From: Gemmatimonadota bacterium
GTDB taxonomy: Bacteria; 4572-55; J002
NCBI GenBank assembly: GCA_003697105.1
Contig: RFFQ01000173.1
Span: 1,976 to 65,975, forward strand
DNA: 64,000 nucleotides
Reading direction: 5' to 3'
Program-made: the position numbers and the translations under genes
In this document: piece after piece, positions 48,503 through 57,355 of the stretch
Numbering within the stretch: position 1 is the first letter of the stretch
Layout of the letters: every line of letters starts with the position of its first letter
The notes under the pieces: generated by a model
Database searches by the model: none
Told to the model about the DNA's origin: nothing
What the model saw: only the letters and a program-made list of their open reading frames with translations

Positions 48503-50200
48503 ATGAAAATACTTCCCTCTTTTTTACGCATTCAATCCTCTTTACGCATCCAATCCCCAGAAAGCGCGGTACTTTATCTTTCTATGTTTGCAATGGGTGC
48601 CTGTGGTATTGCTTATGAATACACCCTAAGCAAGGTAGCGGCGGATTTATTGGGGAATTCGACCCGGCAATGGGCAATTATCATTGGTGTGATGATGTTT
48701 TTCATGGGATTGGGCGCCGATCTGCAAAAATATTTCAGTGACCGCCATCTATTTGATAAATTTATTGTGATTGAAGTGTTGCTGGGAATTTTGGGGGGGT
48801 TTGGTCCCATCATTTTGCTCAATGTTTTTGGAAAATGGTATAGTCATTACGCCTTAGTACAGTACGTTTTTATCTGTTCGATTGGGCTTTTGATTGGCTT
48901 TGAAATCCCACTGCTGGCGCGCATTAATGAGAGTTATATGCACGAATTGAAGGTCAACATTGGCGGGATTCTCAAAATGGATTATATCGGGGCGTTGTTT
49001 GGGGCGTTGGCATGGATTTTAATCCTGCCCAAATTTTTTACGCTTATTGAGATGGGCTTTGTGCTGGGGATTTTCAACATTGGGGTGGCGGCGTTGACCT
49101 TGTTTTACTTCCGCCGTTTAGTGGGGCAGAAGTTATGGATCGGTATATTAACCGCGCTCAGTTTGGTGATGTTGCTGACCGGGCTAAATCAGGGGCGCAA
49201 TTGGACTCGCTACGCCGAGCAGTACCTCTACCGGGATCGAATAATTTTTTCCCATACCACGGATTATCAACATATTGTGCTGACGAAATCTCCGGCAAAC
49301 GACCTCTCCTGCTACATCAACGGGCATTTGCAGTTTAATAGTTTTGATGAGCATATCTACCATGAAAATTTGGTGCATCCGGCGCTAAGTATTGCCCCTC
49401 AACGGGAGCGTATTCTGGTGTTGGGGGGTGGAGATGGCTTGGCTGTGCGAGAAATTCTTAAATATCCTGAGGTTACTTCGGTCACGGTGTGTGACCTAGA
49501 CCCTCAGATGACCGGTTTGGCGCAAACACAGCCCGATTTGGTACAGTTGAACCGAGGCAGTTTACTCGACTCGCGGGTGATGGTACTCCGCAACCACGCC
49601 CTCGTACCTGCCGGACAAGAGACCCTCTATGTGGAAAATCAGCAAAAGCCCTATTCGGGAGAAACGGGTGCTGTTGCCGTTGTCCAAGTTATCAATATGG
49701 ATGCGGCAAAGTTTATTGAGCAGATTTCTGGGGTGTACGATGTGATCATCATCGATTTTCCCGATCCGAACTCCATTGAATTGGCAAAATTATATTCGCG
49801 TAAATTTTACACCGATTTACGTCGGAAATTAAGCGCCGATGGTATTTTGGTGCAACAAGCTACTTCACCGGTTCATGCCAAAGAAGCCTTTTTGTGCATC
49901 GGACGAACGATGCAAGCCGCCGGATTAGCAGTAGTACCGTATCATGATAATGTGCCCTCCTTTGGAGAATGGGGATGGTGGATCGGTGGTAGAGCAGACC
50001 GGTATTCCGCCTCCCACATTCGGGAACGGTTGAACCGGATCGATCATCTTCCGGCAGACCGAAAATACTTGACACCTTCTGTGATCCGATCTACATTGAT
50101 TTTCGGTCAAAATCAGTTAAAATCAGACTTTCAGGATATAAATACGATCGTTACCAATCGGGTGTATGATTATTACGTGCAAGGTTGGCAACGGTTTTGA
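48503..50200 (+). CDS. Membrane-bound polyamine aminopropyltransferase (spermidine-synthase-like with N-terminal TM domain)
   Basis: About 7 TM helices, then YQHI, NGHLQF, YHENLVHP, VLGGGDG, IIIDFPDP, VPSFGEWG. Confidence 0.88.
   Translation: MKILPSFLRIQSSLRIQSPESAVLYLSMFAMGACGIAYEYTLSKVAADLLGNSTRQWAIIIGVMMFFMGLGADLQKYFSDRHLFDKFIVIEVLLGILGGFGPIILLNVFGKWYSHYALVQYVFICSIGLLIGFEIPLLARINESYMHELKVNIGGILKMDYIGALFGALAWILILPKFFTLIEMGFVLGIFNIGVAALTLFYFRRLVGQKLWIGILTALSLVMLLTGLNQGRNWTRYAEQYLYRDRIIFSHTTDYQHIVLTKSPANDLSCYINGHLQFNSFDEHIYHENLVHPALSIAPQRERILVLGGGDGLAVREILKYPEVTSVTVCDLDPQMTGLAQTQPDLVQLNRGSLLDSRVMVLRNHALVPAGQETLYVENQQKPYSGETGAVAVVQVINMDAAKFIEQISGVYDVIIIDFPDPNSIELAKLYSRKFYTDLRRKLSADGILVQQATSPVHAKEAFLCIGRTMQAAGLAVVPYHDNVPSFGEWGWWIGGRADRYSASHIRERLNRIDHLPADRKYLTPSVIRSTLIFGQNQLKSDFQDINTIVTNRVYDYYVQGWQRF
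48523..48558 (+). repeat. 18-bp tandem duplication
   Basis: TTTACGCATTCAATCCTC / TTTACGCATCCAATCCCC, encoding LRIQS twice. Confidence 0.8.
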
Positions 50201-50280
50201 CCGGATGAGGTTTGTCCGATAATATCCGGGTGAGATCAAACCTGCCATTTTCACCAACCATTTAATGTGAGGTGCTTTGA

Positions 50281-52098
50281 ATGCGAAAATTTTATATCGT
50301 ATTGATGTGGGTGATGTTAATGGGTATGGTTGGCATTGTGTTTGCCGCCGGTGGTGGGTCTGGGGCAGATTCGACCTCAATCGCATTTCCGCCACCTCTT
50401 GATGGTTATCATGATCAAGAGTTAACCTCTGCTTTTGCCATTATCAAACAGCGGGCAAGTGAAGTCCCCTTTAACGTGGTTGCCACATTGATCTTTTTTC
50501 TGGCGATTATCCACACTTTTTTTGCCGGTAAATTCATGAAGGTTGCTCACCGGTGGCAACATGAGCATGAAACTCGCCAAAAGAACGGTGAAGCGAGTCC
50601 GAACTCCGTACATTTGGGCGCCGAAATTCTCCATTTTCTGGGTGAGATAGAGGTTGTTTTTGGGCTATGGACAATTGCTCTGGGCGGGGCAATCCTTGTG
50701 TCTTATGATTGGGATACCTTAGTGTACTATGTGGGGCACCATGTGAATTACACGGAGCCGATCTTTGTTGTCGTGATTATGACCCTCGCCTCAACGCGTC
50801 CGGTGCTGAAGCTCTCCGAGCAGATCATGGCACAAATCGTCAAGGTTTTGGGGAACACCTTAACCATGTGGTGGTTTATCATTTTAACGGTGGGACCTCT
50901 CCTGGGTTCTTTCATCACGGAGCCAGCCGCCATGACGATCTGCGCCCTGCTATTAGGTAGTAAATTTTACCAGCTTAAACCGAGTCCCAAGTTTAAATAT
51001 GCTACGCTAGGCTTGTTGTTCGTGAACATCTCGGTGGGAGGTACGCTGACCCATTTTGCAGCACCACCGGTATTGATGGTTGCCGCGCCATGGGGGTGGG
51101 ATATGCCTTTTATGATGCTCCATTACGGCTGGAAAGCCGCTTTGGGGATTTTGATCTCAAATCTGCTATACTACTTCTATTTTAAGCAAGAAATGGCAAC
51201 CTTGGAGCATAAACACCGGATGAATGTATTAGAACGTGCCATTCAGGAGAAATTTTTGCCGGATGATGCCTTTGAGGCACAGTTCAATGCGGTCAAAGCT
51301 GAGATCGATGAAAAATTAGAGCTTGCTAACCAATTTTACCGGCGGTGTGATGCGATTCGGACGGCACTGTGGGAGAAGACCTTAGCGCAGGTTGCTTCGG
51401 AAAATATCGACCCCGAAAGTCTGGAAAGTGCTTTCGAGGATCAATTTGAAAAGTTACGGTTGCGCGAGATGCGGAAATCCTTACCCGGTTTGTTGCCGGA
51501 AGCGGATCAGCCTCCTTACCATGACCCGGAGTGGGACCAACGTTCTGAAGAAGTGCCGCTGTGGGTCATGTTAGTACATGTGGGCTTTTTAATCTGGACG
51601 GTGGTCACGGCTCATTATCCCGCACTGTTTGTGGGTGGCTTCTTGTTTTTTCTGGGATTTGCACAGGCAACAGCACCTTTCCAAAACCGGATTAATTTGA
51701 AACCGCCTTTGTTGGTGGGCTTTTTTCTGGCAGGTCTGGTGATTCATGGTGGGGTTCAGGCGTGGTGGATTGCACCGGTACTCGGCAGCCTAACGGAATT
51801 GCCGTTGATGATCGGGGCGACGATCCTGACTGCTTTTAATGACAATGCCGCGATCACGTATCTCAGTACGCTGGTGCCCTCGCTAACACCGAGTCTGAAG
51901 TATGCCGTTGTGGCGGGAGCCGTCACTGGCGGTGGGTTGACGGTGATTGCCAACGCACCCAATCCGGCAGGACAATCCATTTTATCCAAATATTTTGAAG
52001 ACGGAATTTCCCCGGTAGGGTTATTGTTGGGTGCACTTTTCCCGACACTGGTGATGGGATTTTGCTTTATGGTTACGTTCTACTTATTGGGATTTTAA
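50281..52098 (+). CDS. Putative Na+/H+ antiporter (DUF1504-like)
   Basis: LGEIEVVFG, GSFITEPAAMT, NISVGGTLTHFAAPP, DNAAITY, GGGLTVIANAPNPAG. Confidence 0.85.
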   Translation: MRKFYIVLMWVMLMGMVGIVFAAGGGSGADSTSIAFPPPLDGYHDQELTSAFAIIKQRASEVPFNVVATLIFFLAIIHTFFAGKFMKVAHRWQHEHETRQKNGEASPNSVHLGAEILHFLGEIEVVFGLWTIALGGAILVSYDWDTLVYYVGHHVNYTEPIFVVVIMTLASTRPVLKLSEQIMAQIVKVLGNTLTMWWFIILTVGPLLGSFITEPAAMTICALLLGSKFYQLKPSPKFKYATLGLLFVNISVGGTLTHFAAPPVLMVAAPWGWDMPFMMLHYGWKAALGILISNLLYYFYFKQEMATLEHKHRMNVLERAIQEKFLPDDAFEAQFNAVKAEIDEKLELANQFYRRCDAIRTALWEKTLAQVASENIDPESLESAFEDQFEKLRLREMRKSLPGLLPEADQPPYHDPEWDQRSEEVPLWVMLVHVGFLIWTVVTAHYPALFVGGFLFFLGFAQATAPFQNRINLKPPLLVGFFLAGLVIHGGVQAWWIAPVLGSLTELPLMIGATILTAFNDNAAITYLSTLVPSLTPSLKYAVVAGAVTGGGLTVIANAPNPAGQSILSKYFEDGISPVGLLLGALFPTLVMGFCFMVTFYLLGF

Positions 52099-52114
52099 TC
52101 AAAATGCTTTTCCT

Positions 52115-52243
52115 ATGAGTACGACAGAAATTCTCTTTGTAATTTTGGTTATTTTCGCCATTCTTTGCTCTATTGCGGCGGGTGTGCTGATCCGCTATGT
52201 CCTGAAACAAGCGGAGCAGGAGGAACGTGAGGAGGACGTATGA
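52115..52243 (+). CDS. 42-aa single-TM microprotein (below the ORF-track cutoff)
   Basis: MSTTEILFVILVIFAILCSIAAGVLIRYVLKQAEQEEREEDV; its stop overlaps the next ATG (ATGA). Confidence 0.7.
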   Translation: MSTTEILFVILVIFAILCSIAAGVLIRYVLKQAEQEEREEDV

Positions 52244-53268
52244 ACTATCATCTGGGCTTGCTGGTGTTGTTCGTGGTACTAAGTGGTTGTTCCCAACGGA
52301 TGTATGACGTCGCTTATCCTACGCTCTCGGATGGCAAATACGATAGTGAATTTCCCTACCGGAATGCTTCATCCCAACTAGCGGCAGTTAGTGAAACCAT
52401 CAAAATGGTCAATGTCATTGCCTATTATAAAACGTACCGGTTTGCCGTATCGGATGGAATACAACGGGAGGACTTAACCCGTGCGTTGGCGGAAGAAAAA
52501 GCGATTTCCACAGATTATTTTAATGAGACCGCATCCGGTACGGCAACGGTCATTGACCGCGAAGGCCGGCGCGTGGCAGTATTGACCTGCGCTCATACGG
52601 TCAATTTCCCGGATACCGTGATAAGTCTGTTTCCTCACTCATCTCAGACCATCCAATCGGTGGCGTTTAAGGAGAAGCAAATCAATTATATACGGGATCT
52701 ACCCGAGGGGGGTGACCTTGATATTCTCGCGATGGACCCGGCCATTGATGTGGCAGTGCTTGGGCAAACGTTTTCCGTACCGGTGGAGGGATTTTTGCCA
52801 GTTTTCCACTACCCACTCGGTCAAGGCAAGGCGTTGGAATGGGGTGCGTTTGTTTATGTGATCGGCTACCCGATGGGCTATCAGATGATTACCAAAGGAA
52901 TTGTTAGCAGCCCAAACCGCGATGGTCAGGGCTCGTTTTTAATCGATGCGCCTTTTAATCGGGGTTTTAGTGGGGGGGTTGTGTTAGCCATCCGTGATGG
53001 TGTGCCTAATTTTGAACTAGTAGGCATGGCAAAGTCTGTAGCGGCTGATTATGAAAATATCATCATTCCGGAGCCGCAATCCAGTGGGCAACGTTATGAT
53101 CCGCATCTACCTTATACCGGTGACCTGTTTGTCAAATCGAACGTGGTCATTAAATATGGGATTACCCATGTAATTTCGGCGGAACTCATCCAAAACTTTT
53201 TTGCCCGCTATCAAGCCGATCTTGAGCAAAAAGGGTTCTATTTTCGCCATTTACAGCCTCCCAATTGA
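52240..53268 (+). CDS. Trypsin-like serine protease lipoprotein
   Basis: Lipobox LSGC; triad contexts LTCAH, IDVAVL, NRGFSGG; VIGYP...TKGIVS. Confidence 0.8.
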   Translation: MNYHLGLLVLFVVLSGCSQRMYDVAYPTLSDGKYDSEFPYRNASSQLAAVSETIKMVNVIAYYKTYRFAVSDGIQREDLTRALAEEKAISTDYFNETASGTATVIDREGRRVAVLTCAHTVNFPDTVISLFPHSSQTIQSVAFKEKQINYIRDLPEGGDLDILAMDPAIDVAVLGQTFSVPVEGFLPVFHYPLGQGKALEWGAFVYVIGYPMGYQMITKGIVSSPNRDGQGSFLIDAPFNRGFSGGVVLAIRDGVPNFELVGMAKSVAADYENIIIPEPQSSGQRYDPHLPYTGDLFVKSNVVIKYGITHVISAELIQNFFARYQADLEQKGFYFRHLQPPN

Positions 53269-53329
53269 GGGGATGGGTTCGCTTATCCGGCTTGTGGGAT
53301 GTTCACCGTATGGCCGGTTAAGAAAAGTC

Positions 53330-53358
53330 TTGACGAATGGAATAGGGCGATATATAAT
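53330..53358 (+). promoter_or_regulatory. Sigma70 promoter of the rpsP operon
   Basis: TTGACG-N17-TATAAT. Confidence 0.8.
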
Positions 53359-53418
53359 TCTGCTCCTTATTTTTTGGTAAAATCTTGTTTTTTCTTTTAA
53401 GAGGAGGTGAATAGCTCG

Positions 53419-53754
53419 TTGGTTCGACTTCGTTTAAAACGTATGGGGCGTAAAAAAGCACCCTTTTACCGGATTGTGGCGGCGGATTCTCGGAGCCCGC
53501 GGGATGGCCGGTTTATTGAAACCGTGGGATACTACGATCCGATGAAAAAACCGGCGGTTTTAGAAGTAGATGTGGAGAAAGCACTCAAATGGCTTATCAA
53601 TGGGGCCCAACCCTCGGATACCGCGCGAAGTTTGCTACGAAAAGCTGGTGTGATGAAAAAATTCCATGAATATCGGATGGCGCAACGGGGACAATCTCCA
53701 CGCGCCCACGTTGCTGAAGATATGCCTGAAGATACTACTGTTGCCGCTGAATAG
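53419..53754 (+). CDS. rpsP: 30S ribosomal protein S16
   Basis: [32 protein letters not shown] start downstream of AGGAGGTG. Confidence 0.97.
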   Translation: MVRLRLKRMGRKKAPFYRIVAADSRSPRDGRFIETVGYYDPMKKPAVLEVDVEKALKWLINGAQPSDTARSLLRKAGVMKKFHEYRMAQRGQSPRAHVAEDMPEDTTVAAE

Positions 53755-53812
53755 TGGATTGAAGAACATCCACATCCTATGAACTCGGAGATAGCAAAGG
53801 AGTGCAAACGTT

Positions 53813-54046
53813 ATGAAAGAGTTGATCGAATATATTGCCAAAGCATTAGTTGACCATCCAGATGAGGTAGAAGTCACGGAAGTAGAAGGTGAAAAGGTGA
53901 CGGTCTATGAACTTCGTGTAGGAGACGGTGACCTCGGTAAAGTTATTGGCAAACATGGGCGCACGGCACGCTCCTTACGAACCTTGTTAAATGCTGCGGC
54001 TGCAAAAATGGGCAAACGTGCCGTTTTGGAAATTTTAGAACCTTAA
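53813..54046 (+). CDS. khpA: KH-domain RNA-binding protein
   Basis: [21 protein letters not shown]; canonical position after rpsP. Confidence 0.93.
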   Translation: MKELIEYIAKALVDHPDEVEVTEVEGEKVTVYELRVGDGDLGKVIGKHGRTARSLRTLLNAAAAKMGKRAVLEILEP

Positions 54047-54074
54047 CTAGCAAATATAGGTCTTGGTGCGATTA

Positions 54075-54111
54075 AAGATGGAGTTTAGAGCGTTTGCTCT
54101 AACTCCATCTT
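54075..54111 (+). other. Long intergenic hairpin between khpA and rimM
   Basis: AAGATGGAGTTTAGAGC-GTTT-GCTCTAACTCCATCTT (16 bp, one bulge). Confidence 0.7.
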
Positions 54112-54126
54112 GATTTATGGGTAGGT

Positions 54127-54642
54127 ATGCAAGAAGAGCTTTTTTTGATTGGGCGTATTACAAAGCCGCACGGTATCCGAGGGGAAGTTCGGGTGTTCCC
54201 AGAAACGGATTTCCCAGAACGCTTTTATGATTTGGAAACCGTTTTTCTGTGCCACCCTTACAATGCCGAGACAACGTCTCTGCAAGTGGTTTCGGCGAGA
54301 CCCCACGGGACGTTTTGGATACTTAAATTTGCAGGGGTTGAGTCCCGGAATGAGGCGGAACTCCTCCGAAATTGGACCCTGGAAATCCCACAGCATCAAT
54401 TGGTGGAACTGCCCGAAGATACCTACTATATTTTTGAGTTGATTGGCTTAGAAGTCCTGACAGACACCGGGCAATTGCTCGGGCGGGTAACAGATGTGTT
54501 GCAATATGGAAGTAGTGATATTTATGTAGTTCAAGACCACCAGCGGGAATATTTAATTCCGGCAATTCGAGATGTCGTGAAACAGATTGACCTCAGTCAA
54601 AAACGGATGTCAATCCATCTAATCGAAGGACTGATTTCGTAA
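54127..54642 (+). CDS. rimM: Ribosome maturation factor RimM
   Basis: IGRITKPHGIRGEV, TDFPERF, YYIFELIGL, LIPAI. Confidence 0.95.
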   Translation: MQEELFLIGRITKPHGIRGEVRVFPETDFPERFYDLETVFLCHPYNAETTSLQVVSARPHGTFWILKFAGVESRNEAELLRNWTLEIPQHQLVELPEDTYYIFELIGLEVLTDTGQLLGRVTDVLQYGSSDIYVVQDHQREYLIPAIRDVVKQIDLSQKRMSIHLIEGLIS

Positions 54643-54648
54643 TAATCC

Positions 54649-55395
54649 ATGAAAATTGAGATACTGACCCTCTTTCCAGAATTTTTTGAAGCCTTGTTGT
54701 CGGTTAGTATCTTGAAACAGGCAATTTCAAAGCAGATTGTCGATGTTGCTCTTTATAATATTCGGGATTATACGACGGATAAACACCGCACGGCAGATGA
54801 TTATCCCTACGGCGGCGGAAGTGGGATGATCTTAAAACCGGAACCTATTTTTCGGTGCTTGCAAGAGATTAAAAACGCTGCAACTGTTCGACCTTATATT
54901 TTGTTGATGTCACCTCAAGCCCAGCCCTTCGATCAAGCAAAAGCGATTGAATTGTCACACTACCCGCATTTGGTGATGATTTGTGGGCATTATAAAGCGG
55001 TGGATCATCGGGTGCAAGAGGCTTTTGTGGATGAAGAACTGTCCATTGGGGATTACATTTTAACCGGCGGAGAAATTCCCGCCCTGACGGTTATGGATGC
55101 GGTTGTCAGATTGTTGCCCGGGGTGCTGAGTCGAAAAGATTCCGCTGAAAGCGACTCTTACCATCGCGGATTACTGGATACAGACTATTATACTCGTCCA
55201 GAGGCGTATGAAGGGTATCCCGTGCCGGAAGTGTTGTTATCTGGACACCATGAACGTGTAAAGCAGTGGCGGCAAAAAGTTGCCCTCAAAAATACATTAT
55301 TAAAACGACCCGATCTGTTACAAGACCTTATATTAAATCAAGCCGACCTTAAATATTTAAATGAGATTAAAGCAGAAGGAATGAACAATGAATAA
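54649..55395 (+). CDS. trmD: tRNA (guanine-N1)-methyltransferase
   Basis: [42 protein letters not shown]. Confidence 0.97.
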   Translation: MKIEILTLFPEFFEALLSVSILKQAISKQIVDVALYNIRDYTTDKHRTADDYPYGGGSGMILKPEPIFRCLQEIKNAATVRPYILLMSPQAQPFDQAKAIELSHYPHLVMICGHYKAVDHRVQEAFVDEELSIGDYILTGGEIPALTVMDAVVRLLPGVLSRKDSAESDSYHRGLLDTDYYTRPEAYEGYPVPEVLLSGHHERVKQWRQKVALKNTLLKRPDLLQDLILNQADLKYLNEIKAEGMNNE

Positions 55396-55744
55396 GTTAA
55401 AATCACTCGTTGAAGATCAATTACGTACGGATCATCCCGATTTTCGGGTAGGTGACACGGTGCGAGTTCACGTCAAGGTGGTTGAAGGCAATAAAGAGCG
55501 AATTCAGGTGTTCCAAGGGATTGTCCTGCAACGCCGCCATGGGGGGATCGAAGAAACATTCACCGTCCGCAAAGTTTCGGAAGGGATTGGGGTTGAACGT
55601 ATTTTCCCGTTGCATTCTCCTTCTATCGATCATATTGATATTACCCGTCATGGTCGGGTTCGTCGGGCGAAATTGTTCTACCTACGCCAGCGTCGCGGTA
55701 AAGCCGCCCGGGTTAGTGAACGCCGGTTCGTGCGGCCTCAATAA
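55388..55744 (+). CDS. rplS: 50S ribosomal protein L19
   Basis: [39 protein letters not shown]. Confidence 0.98.
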   Translation: MNKLKSLVEDQLRTDHPDFRVGDTVRVHVKVVEGNKERIQVFQGIVLQRRHGGIEETFTVRKVSEGIGVERIFPLHSPSIDHIDITRHGRVRRAKLFYLRQRRGKAARVSERRFVRPQ

Positions 55745-55783
55745 CATAAACACGATCCGTCACATTTTTGATGTTTTATAGCG

Positions 55784-55814
55784 AGCAGGACTTCACTCGA
55801 AGTCCTGCTTTTTT
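55784..55814 (+). terminator. Intrinsic terminator of the rpsP operon
   Basis: AGCAGGACTTC-ACTC-GAAGTCCTGCT followed by TTTTT. Confidence 0.9.
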
Positions 55815-55828
55815 ATGTTATCCCCAAC

Positions 55829-55856
55829 AAAAAAGCGAAGATTTCAAATCTTCGCT
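55829..55856 (-). terminator. Intrinsic terminator of mscS
   Basis: AGCGAAGATTTCAAATCTTCGCT inverted repeat with a T run on the minus strand. Confidence 0.8.
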
Positions 55857-55885
55857 GAAAGTATCCTTCGGAAGTGCAACTCTTC

Positions 55886-57013
55886 TTATGGGATGGTCAA
55901 GCCTTTGTTTAGGGTCTCCCGTAATTGCTGAAAATGTACTTCCGAGGGATAGTAGGCTAATTGTACTCCCGTTTCTTCTAATACCCGCTTAATCGCCATA
56001 TTCACCGCATGAATGACCTGCCGGTAGTTCTGCTGATCCCAGGTTTTGCCGTCTTCCAAATGTTTTAACCACCAAATGACCTCTAGCACCAGTGAATGGG
56101 GCCCAAACTCAACGAAACGGATTAACGTTTTATCTGGATTTTTATCCGTTTCCGGCACGGAAAAAATCGCCGTTTTAACTTGATCGATCAGGTGTTCGAT
56201 CTGTTCGGTAGTGGTTTCATAGGCAATACCGATCTTCAATATAATCCGGCGATTGGGGTTGGCAGTGGTATTCTCCACAATACTATCCATTAGCGTTGCG
56301 TTTGGAATCACCACAATCGACTTACGACTGGTACGGATCCGCGTAGTCCGTAACCCTACTTGTTCAACATGCCCCGTTTGTCCTTTAACGACAATTCGGT
56401 CCTCCAACTGGAACGGTTTATCGAGAAAGATCGAAATCCCACCAATAATATTCTTGATTAAATCTTGAGCGGCAAGGGCAATGGCTAATCCACCAATGCC
56501 TAAGCCGGTGATTAAGGAGATAATATCAAAGCCTAAATTTGAGAGTGAAATGATAACCGCAAAAATAATGATAATAATATGGAGGGCTTGTTTGATAATC
56601 GGGAGCAATTGTGTCCCTAATTTACTATCTCGGACAGTCAACAGGGGACGAATGTACTCTTCAATCAGAATATTTACCATCCGGATCAATAGCCACGTGA
56701 GTGTTATGGCGATGATCAGAAAAATGATGTTATCTAAAAGCGTTTCAAAATCCGTGTCGAAGGTCAGAAAGAGCTTGCCAACCCAAATACCCCCAGCCGT
56801 GATGATAAACACTAATGGTTTTTCAATGAGTTCAATGGCTTGTTGGAGTTGAACTTCGGCTTCCTGAACGAATTGGCGAAACCGGTTGCGAAACACATGA
56901 TTAATGATTTTTCCACTAATAATCCCCAACAAAATACAACCCAAAAACATCAGGTAACGCCAAATGGCGTTGCCAAAAATAGTGTATTCCAAAACAGATT
57001 GGATGGATTCCAT
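55886..57013 (-). CDS. mscS: Small-conductance mechanosensitive channel family protein
   Basis: GLGIGGLAIALAAQD, DKPF...D.I, VGLRTTRI, IPN; ATG 57013 with GGAGG RBS. Confidence 0.92.
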   Translation of the reverse strand: MESIQSVLEYTIFGNAIWRYLMFLGCILLGIISGKIINHVFRNRFRQFVQEAEVQLQQAIELIEKPLVFIITAGGIWVGKLFLTFDTDFETLLDNIIFLIIAITLTWLLIRMVNILIEEYIRPLLTVRDSKLGTQLLPIIKQALHIIIIIFAVIISLSNLGFDIISLITGLGIGGLAIALAAQDLIKNIIGGISIFLDKPFQLEDRIVVKGQTGHVEQVGLRTTRIRTSRKSIVVIPNATLMDSIVENTTANPNRRIILKIGIAYETTTEQIEHLIDQVKTAIFSVPETDKNPDKTLIRFVEFGPHSLVLEVIWWLKHLEDGKTWDQQNYRQVIHAVNMAIKRVLEETGVQLAYYPSEVHFQQLRETLNKGLTIP

Positions 57014-57170
57014 AAATCCTCCCCCTTGTGTTAAATGTGGGTAACAAGCGGTAATTACACCGTACGAGATAAGCAAACATATACGAAACCCACTTGGGGC
57101 GCAATGGCTTTTTCAGAAAGTCCCAATCACTTAACAACTTACATAAAGTGAAAAAATTTATCTCATTTAT

Positions 57171-57183
57171 TATCAATAGGTTA
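57171..57183 (+). promoter_or_regulatory. IHF-consensus site
   Basis: TATCAATAGGTTA is an exact match to WATCAANNNNTTR. Confidence 0.45.
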
Positions 57184-57238
57184 TGTTGTATTTTAGTGTG
57201 GGAAGGGTAAAATTGCTAATTTTTTTGCAAAAAATTGC

Positions 57239-57267
57239 TTGACAAGATGTGGGATTTATGTTAAAAA
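57239..57267 (+). promoter_or_regulatory. Possible sigma70-type promoter for the 1356-aa protein and the PorV fusion
   Basis: TTGACA-N17-TAAAAA with an extended -10 TG; the -10 is imperfect. Confidence 0.5.
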
Positions 57268-57355
57268 TTACTTCAGAAAGTACTTTAAGGGTTATTAGCC
57301 ATATCATTTATTATCATCAGCTTACGGTGATAATTTCGGTTGAGGAGACGGTGCG

